DNA of 64,000 nucleotides from Candidatus Poribacteria bacterium. GTDB taxonomy: Bacteria; Poribacteria; WGA-4E; PCPOR2b. The notes under the pieces are model-generated. The model did no database searches, had not been told where the DNA came from, and saw nothing but the letters and a program-made list of their open reading frames with translations. The position numbers were made by a program, and so were the translations under genes. The stretch covers positions 5,056,001 through 5,120,000 of the forward strand of contig OZ220744.1 in the NCBI GenBank assembly GCA_965116925.1. The letters run 5' to 3'. Positions within the stretch are counted from its first letter, which is position 1, and each line of letters starts with the position of its first letter. Positions 9,538 to 18,830 of this stretch are shown here, piece after piece.

Positions 9538-9764
9538 TCTGGTTTTTGCACCTTCCTTCTAATCTATTCTGTTTGGCTCATACTGAAAAATTGTCCGGTA
9601 GAAACCGTAGGGAACAACTCTCGGGCTCTCGGTCACAGACTGAAGGATCGTTGTTCCAGTACGATTCGACAATCATTGAACTCTACCAAAGCTTCGGCTG
9701 CTCTTTGGGTTTTCCCTTCCTTATCCGCATAAACCTCATAGGTAACTGTATCAGTGAACCTAAA

Positions 9765-9796
9765 ATGGTTTTCACGTTTCACGCATCACGTTTCAC
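9765..9796. repeat. Heptamer (TTTCACG-like) tandem repeat; 32 bp identical to 56420-56451
   Basis: ATGGTTTTCACGTTTCACGCATCACGTTTCAC at both sites. Confidence 0.85.
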
Positions 9797-10510
9797 TGTC
9801 GGTCTTGTGCGGGTTAGTGTCAGGACATCAACGCGGTCAGGGCTAGCAACTTGTAGTGCCTTGAGGGCTTCATTGATTGTTGTTCCCGTCGTAAAAATAT
9901 CATCAATCAGTAAGATCTTCCGACTCTGAATAGAATCCGGTGACCGAACTTCAAAAGCCCCAGCGATGTTTTTCCTCCGTTCTTCGTGGGAGCCCAGACT
10001 ACTCAATGGGACTGTGTCTCTAATACGAAAGAGAATATCAGTCCGGACTGGCACACCCCAAACCTGAGCAATGCCTTGAGCAATTTGTTCCGCTTGATTA
10101 AATCCTCGCTGCCGAAGACGGTTTGTATGGAGGGGAATTGGGAGCAGGAAATCGTAGCCTGTGGAAGCAAGATCTTCAGGAAGGTGCGTCTGCAGCAATT
10201 GGTTCAGGTGTTTTGAGATAACCTGTTTCTTCTCATATTTCATCAGATGGACCGCTTCACGCAGGGTGGGTTCGTAAAAGGCAATCGATCGGAGCTTCCC
10301 AAATAGAGGAGGATGCTCGCGACAATCTGCACAAACAGCACTCCAGCAAGGCAGCCCACAAATCTGACACCAAGGAGGCTTGAGCAATTCGATCTGTTCC
10401 CAACAGTCATTACAGAGATAGTGCACCTTACCTACGCCCATTGGTGTCTCACAGCGTCGGCATTTTGCAGGAAATACAAACGTGATCAAAGGTATCAGCC
10501 ATCTGTTCAT
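9779..10510 (-). CDS. comF: ComF family protein (double zinc ribbon + PRTase)
   Basis: CxxC repeats, PIPLH..R..QRGFNQ, LLIDDIFTTGTT. Confidence 0.9.
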   Translation of the reverse strand: MNRWLIPLITFVFPAKCRRCETPMGVGKVHYLCNDCWEQIELLKPPWCQICGLPCWSAVCADCREHPPLFGKLRSIAFYEPTLREAVHLMKYEKKQVISKHLNQLLQTHLPEDLASTGYDFLLPIPLHTNRLRQRGFNQAEQIAQGIAQVWGVPVRTDILFRIRDTVPLSSLGSHEERRKNIAGAFEVRSPDSIQSRKILLIDDIFTTGTTINEALKALQVASPDRVDVLTLTRTRPTVKRDA

Positions 10511-11952
10511 GTTTTCACTTCTATTCCCAATTTTTTTATCTTCTGCAGTAATGTTGTACGGCTGATTCCTAGGAATTTTGCTGATTTCGTCTGATTGTCT
10601 TCAACCTCCTCAAGGATGCACTTGATTAGCGTGCGATCAACGGCATCAATGACTTCGTCGTAGAGTGCTTCATGCGCTCGTGCTACAGCGTCTCTGACGG
10701 TTTCTTTCAATACGGATTCAAGCACTATTTCGAGACGAGATTGGGTTGATTCACGCCTTCCTTTGTAATTTAAAATTTCTGGTGGAAGGTGTTCTGGCAG
10801 GATGACATCTGCCCGTGAAAGGACAGCCGCACTTTTAACCGTGTTCTCTAGCTCCCGCACATTTCCGGGCCAATCGTACTGTTGTAAGAGTTCCATACAG
10901 CCCGGCGAAATCCCTCGAACGTTTTGCCCAACCTCGGTGCTGGCAGCCTGTAGAAAGTGATCGACCAGCAGCGGGATATCCGCAGCCCGTTCGCGCAAGG
11001 GTGGAAGGTTAATTGAAAGCAGGTTGAAGCGATAGTAGAGATCTTCACGAAACTTACCCAGTCTGACCTCTTCAGCGAGATCCTGATTGGTTGCAGCGAT
11101 GATACGGACATCCACCTTCAGTGGACGCGTGCCGCCCAGCCTTTCTATTTCCTGTTCCTGCAAAGCCCGTTGCAGTTTTACTTGTAGCACCGGGCTCATA
11201 TTACTAACCTCATCAAGAAACAGGGTGCCGCCATCCGCGAGTTCAAACCTGCCGGGCTTGCCTTTGGCGTTTGCACCTGTAAACGCGCCCGCTTCATAGC
11301 CGAAGAGTTCGCTCTCAAGCAGATCGTCGGGGAGTGCACCACAGTTGACAGGGACGAAGCTTTTATCCTTTCGTGAACTGTTAGAATGGATGGAGCGCGC
11401 AATTAACTCTTTTCCTGTTCCACTTTCACCTTCTATCAGTACTGTGACAGTGTTATTCGCTATCATCCCGATCAGTTTATAAATTTCCTGCATCTGTGGA
11501 CTTCTACCGATTAAGCGATGTTCCTGTGGCTGTGCTGGTAATTCGACCTCCTCCGAGGGGAGTTCAGTAGGCGGCATTTTACTGCGCTCAACCTGCATCT
11601 GTGTGGCGCGGTCGAAAATTGCTTTCACCTGATCCAGATCGATTGGCTTGGGAATGAAATCGAACGCATGCAGCTGCATCGCTTGGATAGTTGTTTCCAC
11701 ATTATCGTATGCTGTCATTACGATCACGACTGTATCCGGCTGCAGCACTTTGATCTGCTTCAACGCTTCAAGCCCATTCATGCCGGGCAATCGTACATCG
11801 AGCAGAACGATATCCGGAGTTTCCGACTGAATCTTTCGCAAGCCTTCCTCTGCATTGTTGGCGATAATGGATCGGTGCCCCTCATCTGTCAAAAATTGCT
11901 CGAAAGCCCAACAGATTTTTTCATCATCATCAATGACTAAGATATTTTTCAT
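10507..11952 (-). CDS. Sigma54-dependent response regulator (NtrC family)
   Basis: Receiver domain, GESGTGKE, GAFTGA, WPGNVREL and Fis HTH. Confidence 0.95.
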   Translation of the reverse strand: MKNILVIDDDEKICWAFEQFLTDEGHRSIIANNAEEGLRKIQSETPDIVLLDVRLPGMNGLEALKQIKVLQPDTVVIVMTAYDNVETTIQAMQLHAFDFIPKPIDLDQVKAIFDRATQMQVERSKMPPTELPSEEVELPAQPQEHRLIGRSPQMQEIYKLIGMIANNTVTVLIEGESGTGKELIARSIHSNSSRKDKSFVPVNCGALPDDLLESELFGYEAGAFTGANAKGKPGRFELADGGTLFLDEVSNMSPVLQVKLQRALQEQEIERLGGTRPLKVDVRIIAATNQDLAEEVRLGKFREDLYYRFNLLSINLPPLRERAADIPLLVDHFLQAASTEVGQNVRGISPGCMELLQQYDWPGNVRELENTVKSAAVLSRADVILPEHLPPEILNYKGRRESTQSRLEIVLESVLKETVRDAVARAHEALYDEVIDAVDRTLIKCILEEVEDNQTKSAKFLGISRTTLLQKIKKLGIEVKT

Positions 11953-11992
11953 GGCAATCCCCTTTGCCTGATTTACTGTTTCGCCGATTCTT

Positions 11993-14458
11993 TTATTTTT
12001 TTATTTCTACCGATACCGAGTCTGAATACGGAAAATCCGATTCAATTGTCTGATGAGCATACCCTGCTGCCTCAACCGCGATGCGATACCGGCGTGCGTG
12101 AACTCCGTGGAAAGTGGTTTTTCCAGCTCGATTTGTTACTAACGGAAAGGTACTATCTAACGCAACCCTTGCACCAGCCACCGGTTTCTGTGAAGCCGCA
12201 TCAACGATCCGAATTTCAAGTTCCTTTTGAGGTAAGACTTCATCTATTGTGCCGGAGTTGAGTTCTTCGTCAGACAATCTAGCTTTTTTCAAAAATTTCC
12301 ACGTTCCCAAAAAGATTGCATACGCCTCCCGTACGATCAAGGCAGGCGAGTCCACAGGTTCGTGGAGATGTGGATGATCGATAGAACGGATCTCGAGCGC
12401 AAGTGCTATTTTGTTAGTTGACCGAATCTCCGGCGATTCGTCATCTCCATACGTTTCAACCGGTGTCTGAAAAAGTGCCATGTTAAATCCATTAAGTATC
12501 GCTTTAAGGTAGTCTTCCGCGACTTGATTCCCCGGATAACCTGTAGCGATTACCGATGGTTCGCCTTCGACCCGAGCACCGTGATCAATTCGGAGGTAGT
12601 ATCCGTCATGTTTAACGGCGTTGATTATTTTGACCCGTTTCGAGACAGGGATCTTCTCATCTTTTTCTCTAACAAGGTGAACGCTTGCTCCAGCAAGTTC
12701 CAGCATCTCCTTGAGTGCTTTTGCCACAGCGAGATTCAGATCTGCGGGAGCAAGGGGATTGATGACAGGTGTTCCGCGTTCTGAACCGCCGTAGCGGGCA
12801 TCAAGGACAAAGACTTTCCCAATAAGTGTACCGTCTGCAATCGGATGTAGTTGGGGATGGAGGACCTGCGCCCTATTTGAAGTTGCGTTGGTCTCTAGTC
12901 GGAGGTTGTAGTAGCCAGCTTTTGAAATGTTAAGGGTTACGTCCCCCGGCAAAACGTTAGCGAAAAAGAAGTGTCCATCCGGATTGGTTGTTGTCCTGTT
13001 CTTTTTTTTCACTAACTGTACAGCTGCATCTGTGATGGTGCTGCCAGAAACATCGCGGACGCTGCCCTGAACAATCCCGCCGCGAATTTTCTCAAAACGG
13101 ATCGTGATGGTTTCTGACCTGTTTTTGTATGCAACCTTCACCTGTGCACGACCCGGCTGTGGCTGTGTTGCATCCGTGTGCAGGTAAAATCGCGCTTCTC
13201 CGTTCTGTGAGAGGCTTTCGGTCTTAGCAAGCCGCCCAATTGATGTCTGAGCGTGAATCGGTTCGTCATCTGCGATTGGTAGACCATTTTTGTCCAGAGC
13301 GGTGGCGGTAATACCGACATAGCTCGCGCCATCAGGAGGAAGGGTTTTCGTCCATGCGCGAAGTTTCAACTTTGCGGCGCGTGGGGCAACTTTGAACCAC
13401 TGTTCACCCGGCAGGCTATGATTCCCGTAGTAGTTTACAAGATTAGTTTCGACAAGGTGCACGCCGTTGGAAAGCGGTTTCGGCGGGGTGATCACAATGA
13501 GATCCTCGCCACGGAGATACTGATGGGGAACAACAACGCCATCAAGTTTTACGCGGATGGAATCGGAGAAGACCTGTTGCCTTTTGAGCATCCACGCACC
13601 ACGTTCATGCAAGCCATCCGCTACACGAATCTGGATGCGCGGTGTTTTGGTTTCGACAGATGATTCTGGTATTGGTGTCAGCAGGATACCCTTCGGAAAC
13701 CCCGCTGCAACGTAACGCGCAATCCCGATAAAATAGCCGTAAGCCTCACGCTTGTTGTATGACTCCTTTTTCAAACGTTGCTCTTCTTCAGGATTGGAAT
13801 AAAACGATGCTTCCACCAAAATAGCAGGACCCTTTGTTTGACGGAGTACGCCGAATCCGGACGGTATTACCAATCGATCCGAATAGAGTCCTGTCGGCGT
13901 GAATTGCGGCAGGCGCAGCGCATCAGCGACGCTCTGCTGCACATACCGGGCGAGATCTAAACTGGCGCGGGAATCATCTGCGTCCTGATGATACCATGTG
14001 GAGGTATAATTGGTTTCGGGGTCACTGAACGAATTATGATGGAGGGAAATAAAAAAATCGACAGCGTTCTTATTGGCGATTTCACTGCGATCCGGGAGGC
14101 TAACGAAGGAATCATCGGTGCGCGTCATGAAAACACTCGCGCCTGCCTCCTTCAGAAATTCGCGCAGATGCAATGCCACGCGTAGGTTCACCTCTGCCTC
14201 GCGGAGTCCAGTTGGTCCGCGCTTGTAATTCAGCAGGTAAGCCTGTCCACCGTGTCCTGGATCTAAACAAATTTTAATTCCCTCAAGGTAACGGGCATAA
14301 GGCGGAATCCCGAAGTTGGCTTGAGGGAGCTTGCGCCATTCATTGAGTTCCTCAAGTTCACTGAGTGCTTCAGGTTTTTCGTGTTTTTCGCCACAGCCAG
14401 TCAATACAATTGATGCAATGCAGATGAGGGAAAGGAGAGGCTTTTTCAGACGTATCAT
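11993..14458 (-). CDS. Lipoprotein N-acetylmuramoyl-L-alanine amidase (Amidase_3) with Ig/CarboxypepD_reg-like domains and a second degenerate amidase domain
   Basis: Lipobox VLTGC; LDPGHGG, EAEVNL, SLHHN, ILVE motifs; second domain reads LDARYGG; start moved to ATG 14458. Confidence 0.85.
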   Translation of the reverse strand: MIRLKKPLLSLICIASIVLTGCGEKHEKPEALSELEELNEWRKLPQANFGIPPYARYLEGIKICLDPGHGGQAYLLNYKRGPTGLREAEVNLRVALHLREFLKEAGASVFMTRTDDSFVSLPDRSEIANKNAVDFFISLHHNSFSDPETNYTSTWYHQDADDSRASLDLARYVQQSVADALRLPQFTPTGLYSDRLVIPSGFGVLRQTKGPAILVEASFYSNPEEEQRLKKESYNKREAYGYFIGIARYVAAGFPKGILLTPIPESSVETKTPRIQIRVADGLHERGAWMLKRQQVFSDSIRVKLDGVVVPHQYLRGEDLIVITPPKPLSNGVHLVETNLVNYYGNHSLPGEQWFKVAPRAAKLKLRAWTKTLPPDGASYVGITATALDKNGLPIADDEPIHAQTSIGRLAKTESLSQNGEARFYLHTDATQPQPGRAQVKVAYKNRSETITIRFEKIRGGIVQGSVRDVSGSTITDAAVQLVKKKNRTTTNPDGHFFFANVLPGDVTLNISKAGYYNLRLETNATSNRAQVLHPQLHPIADGTLIGKVFVLDARYGGSERGTPVINPLAPADLNLAVAKALKEMLELAGASVHLVREKDEKIPVSKRVKIINAVKHDGYYLRIDHGARVEGEPSVIATGYPGNQVAEDYLKAILNGFNMALFQTPVETYGDDESPEIRSTNKIALALEIRSIDHPHLHEPVDSPALIVREAYAIFLGTWKFLKKARLSDEELNSGTIDEVLPQKELEIRIVDAASQKPVAGARVALDSTFPLVTNRAGKTTFHGVHARRYRIAVEAAGYAHQTIESDFPYSDSVSVEIKK

Positions 14459-14515
14459 TCTGTCGCAACCTCGCAGGGAAAACGTGCCACCTCTCAAATC
14501 TCATTAATCTGTCGA

Positions 14516-15043
14516 CTAGGAATCTTTTTGTAGTGCTTTCTGGTAGAGTGCGGTTCCGTAAAACTCATAGGAAGCTGCTGTATCTGGAACATCAACTACA
14601 TGAACTGTAAACCGAGCGGGCACACCGTTTTCCGGTAGGTAGTCACGGAAAAAGTTACTATACGCTTGAGCATAGGCTTTACGTAGTCGTTCCTGCTCTG
14701 CTGCGTAACCCGCCGGATCGACAAGCGGATTTGGAGCTTTGGGTTGACAACCGAAGGCGTGAACCTCAATGAAATCTACGTCCTTCAGGGAATCACAAAT
14801 ACCCGCCTCTTTCAACCACGATTCCCAGCTTTTGAATACCAATGGAATCTCCCGCTCCGGATCCATCGAAACGAGTTCATCAAGGTTCAGAACTCCCTTT
14901 GCCGAATATCCTCCCGTTAGACCCGAAAAATAGATTTTCAAATCCCCGTCTGGCAACGTCTCGGTCACTAAAGGAGACAACACCGGATGATCACCTTGAT
15001 AGTAATAGGTCAATTTCCCGCGCTTTTTGACATTAAACGCCAT
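14516..15043 (-). CDS. Divergent RidA/YjgF-like protein
   Basis: IYFSGLTG...SLKDV...YSNFF...PARFTVHV...YEF resembles the RidA signature. Confidence 0.5.
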   Translation of the reverse strand: MAFNVKKRGKLTYYYQGDHPVLSPLVTETLPDGDLKIYFSGLTGGYSAKGVLNLDELVSMDPEREIPLVFKSWESWLKEAGICDSLKDVDFIEVHAFGCQPKAPNPLVDPAGYAAEQERLRKAYAQAYSNFFRDYLPENGVPARFTVHVVDVPDTAASYEFYGTALYQKALQKDS

Positions 15044-15072
15044 TCTATATTCCTCCGCTAAATCTGAACATC

Positions 15073-15104
15073 AAAAAAGCATCGAGGGGATACGCTCGAT
15101 GCTT
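15073..15104 (-). terminator. Rho-independent terminator
   Basis: AAGCATCGAG-loop-CTCGATGCTT followed by a T-run on the minus strand. Confidence 0.75.
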
Positions 15105-15169
15105 GAGTATGCGTAAGTGCTGAAATAGATCTTTAACTTCAAAAAAAGCAGTGTCCTGTGCGAACACAA

Positions 15170-15349
15170 TTAACGTTTTTCTATGGTTCTGCCTACGAAG
15201 AAGATTAAGATTCCTACCACGAGGGAGCCTACCTCTACGCCCATAGCACCGTATTCACTCAAGCCGTAAGGATTGATACACCCGATATATAACCCTGCCC
15301 CCAGAAGCGACATCCCTATCAATTCTAATACTTTACCGATAATAAACAC
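15170..15349 (-). CDS. 59-aa two-TM small membrane protein (not in ORF track)
   Basis: GTG start with GGAG RBS; MFIIGKVLELIGMSLLGAGLYIGCINPYGLSEYGAMGVEVGSLVVGILIFFVGRTIEKR; followed by a terminator. Confidence 0.7.
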   Translation of the reverse strand: MFIIGKVLELIGMSLLGAGLYIGCINPYGLSEYGAMGVEVGSLVVGILIFFVGRTIEKR

Positions 15350-15404
15350 TGCGAGCTCCGCACACTTAGGTCTTGAGGTATCGGTGTTAATTGCCTAACT
15401 ACAT

Positions 15405-15512
15405 TATAGTGAATTCAAAAAAATAAATAGACACTTTCGCTCCCCAGTTTGGTAGGCGCTGTTTCCAACTGCGCCGATTTGGAGTGTTTCATTAATTCTA
15501 AAATCTACTATA
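15405..15512. mobile_element. MITE-like element family A (108 bp) with central GTAG-type REP hairpin
   Basis: TATAGTGAATTC...GTAGGCGCTGTTTCCAACTGCGCC...AAAATCTACTATA; imperfect TIRs; homologs at 5267 and 52237. Confidence 0.8.
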
Positions 15513-15528
15513 AGTTGTTGCACGATCA

Positions 15529-16236
15529 TTAATAAAGTCGTTTGATACGCCCCCATTGTACCGCTTTTTGATTTGCATTTAGCTTTATATTCGCTGTGAA
15601 TACCAGATCCGCAAGAGCATCTTCCGGTTCACTTTGTCCGGTTGGGCCCCAACGAAGTTTGTGATTCAAACGATCATCATCTACGTCATAGTAGTAAATC
15701 CCAAAGCTGATGGTATCCTCTTTCTTCGGTGTCTGTATCAAGTCAAAACTCAATTCCACAGATTGCCCTCCATTTCCCCAATTAACCAACAGTCCCTGAT
15801 TGCCCGCCGCCATGATGTCTTCTCCAACGGGAAATGTGTAACGATATAGGTCGCTCTGCTGTCCCGAATGTTCTGTATCTATATAAATCTCTAGGCGATC
15901 TTGCAGGTTGAGCTTTTCGTGGGCGGTTTCAATTTGATCATCGGTCAATTCAATGGCTATGTAGAGGGAGGCGTTGCGCCATACAGCAGCAAAGGTCGCT
16001 TTGAAGTCACTAAAGTCTCCCCAAGGTCGATCTTCTTTAACATCATGGTCTAGGGGCGCAGATATAGCATCGTCCCATGCTGGGTCATCAAGAAAGCCAT
16101 CGACCACAGGAGCAACCTCTACCAGTCTTGCTTTATATCTGAACTCAGCACCCGTCTTCGGATCTATAATACCTGCGGAGGTATAGCTGGCTGCAATCAA
16201 CACGATTATTGTGCAAAAGAATAGCTTTTTTACCAT
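15529..16236 (-). CDS. Secreted CBM9/DOMON-like sugar-binding protein with C-terminal WGxIK motif
   Basis: Signal peptide from ATG 16236; PVVDGFLDDPAW, W...LYIA....DD and D.LEIYID motifs; ends QWGRIKRLY. Confidence 0.75.
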   Translation of the reverse strand: MVKKLFFCTIIVLIAASYTSAGIIDPKTGAEFRYKARLVEVAPVVDGFLDDPAWDDAISAPLDHDVKEDRPWGDFSDFKATFAAVWRNASLYIAIELTDDQIETAHEKLNLQDRLEIYIDTEHSGQQSDLYRYTFPVGEDIMAAGNQGLLVNWGNGGQSVELSFDLIQTPKKEDTISFGIYYYDVDDDRLNHKLRWGPTGQSEPEDALADLVFTANIKLNANQKAVQWGRIKRLY

Positions 16237-16294
16237 CTGGCTCGCCTGCCTAAGATAAAAAGTTAAACCTTTAAGTTCAGTGAGGCTAATGGGT

Positions 16295-16323
16295 AGTATA
16301 CTAGCTAGTGTGGCGAGTGTCAA
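16295..16323 (-). promoter_or_regulatory. sigma70 promoter
   Basis: TTGACA-17 bp-TATACT on the minus strand, upstream of ATG 16236. Confidence 0.75.
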
Positions 16324-16419
16324 GAAAAAATGACTGACTGAGTTAGTGTAGGAGTGTAGTGACAATCTTCTGTAGAATTGCTCTGACAGAAACGATGGTG
16401 TCCCTTCAAAGATCGACCA

Positions 16420-16863
16420 TTATTGGGATTTCCAATCATTCCCCCAAAATCCCCAGTCAAGGAGTTGTCCTCCGGAATAGACAATGTAATCGGGCAGGAG
16501 TTGCATATCGAGATGGCTTCCCCAGCATATTGCATCCGGTGTGACCCTCGCGTGCACCGCGACGTAGCGTTCTGGGTTTAACGGATGAGGGAATACGGCA
16601 AAAACCGCTGTCCCATCTGCTGTGTACGATTTATCGGACAGATGGATTGTGTTGTCCTCAAAGGTAAATTGATTGTGTTTAGCAGCGATCCCAGCGATCT
16701 GCTCGGTCAACTCGACCGCGCCGGGTAGATTCCCCAATGCGCCAGGACTGACCTCCACAATCAAAGGCTTTGGTTCATCACTGGTGTCGATTGCACAAAC
16801 CGCATAAGGGTGTAACTTGTCGTCAACCTTGGATTGAAAATACTGGAGTTGACCAACTGGCAT
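16420..16863 (-). pseudogene. Probable internally deleted remnant of a larger esterase/peptidase-like protein
   Basis: N-terminal YFQSKVDDKLHPYAV and C-terminal PHPLNPERYV...LPDY...GFWGNDW resemble the two ends of long alpha/beta-hydrolase proteins; no catalytic core lies between them. Confidence 0.45.
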
Positions 16864-16884
16864 TGTATGTTCCTTTCCCAAAGC

Positions 16885-16924
16885 AAAAAAGGGGAAACAA
16901 CAGATTTTTCCGCTGTTTCCCCTT
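16885..16924 (-). terminator. Rho-independent terminator after atpC
   Basis: AAGGGGAAACA...TGTTTCCCCTTTTTT on the minus strand. Confidence 0.8.
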
Positions 16925-16953
16925 GCATAAATCGAACATTGAGTTAATACAAA

Positions 16954-17361
16954 CTACTGCTGTCCCGCCACCTTTAATCGATTCACAGCGCGAGCCAATG
17001 CCGCTTCCGCTCGCCCGCGGTTAATGTTTGAATCACGTGAAGCGAGGAGTTCCTGTGCACGTTGGCGCGCCGCTTCTGCACGTTCGACATCAATTTCATA
17101 CGCCCACTCGGCGGTATCTGCTAACACGGTGACGCCGGTGCGTAATACCTCAAAGACACCTCCGCTGGTAGCGATGGATTGGGGCGTGTCAGCTTCGCGG
17201 ATGCGAATTTCGCCAATATCCAGCACAGTCAGAAACGGGAGGTGCCCGGCAAGGATCTCAAACGATCCCAGTTCACCGGGGGCTCTCACACCGGCAACAT
17301 CGCCCTCATAAATCAGCTGTTCGGGTGTTCGGATTTCGAGATGTAATCTTTTTTCAAGCAT
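16954..17361 (-). CDS. atpC: F1 ATP synthase subunit epsilon
   Basis: LEIRTPE, GELGSFEILAGH.P and C-terminal helices. Confidence 0.95.
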   Translation of the reverse strand: MLEKRLHLEIRTPEQLIYEGDVAGVRAPGELGSFEILAGHLPFLTVLDIGEIRIREADTPQSIATSGGVFEVLRTGVTVLADTAEWAYEIDVERAEAARQRAQELLASRDSNINRGRAEAALARAVNRLKVAGQQ

Positions 17362-17363
17362 AG

Positions 17364-18800
<1,437 letters not shown>

Positions 18801-18830
18801 TTATTGAAAAATTCCTTTCTCGACAAAATA

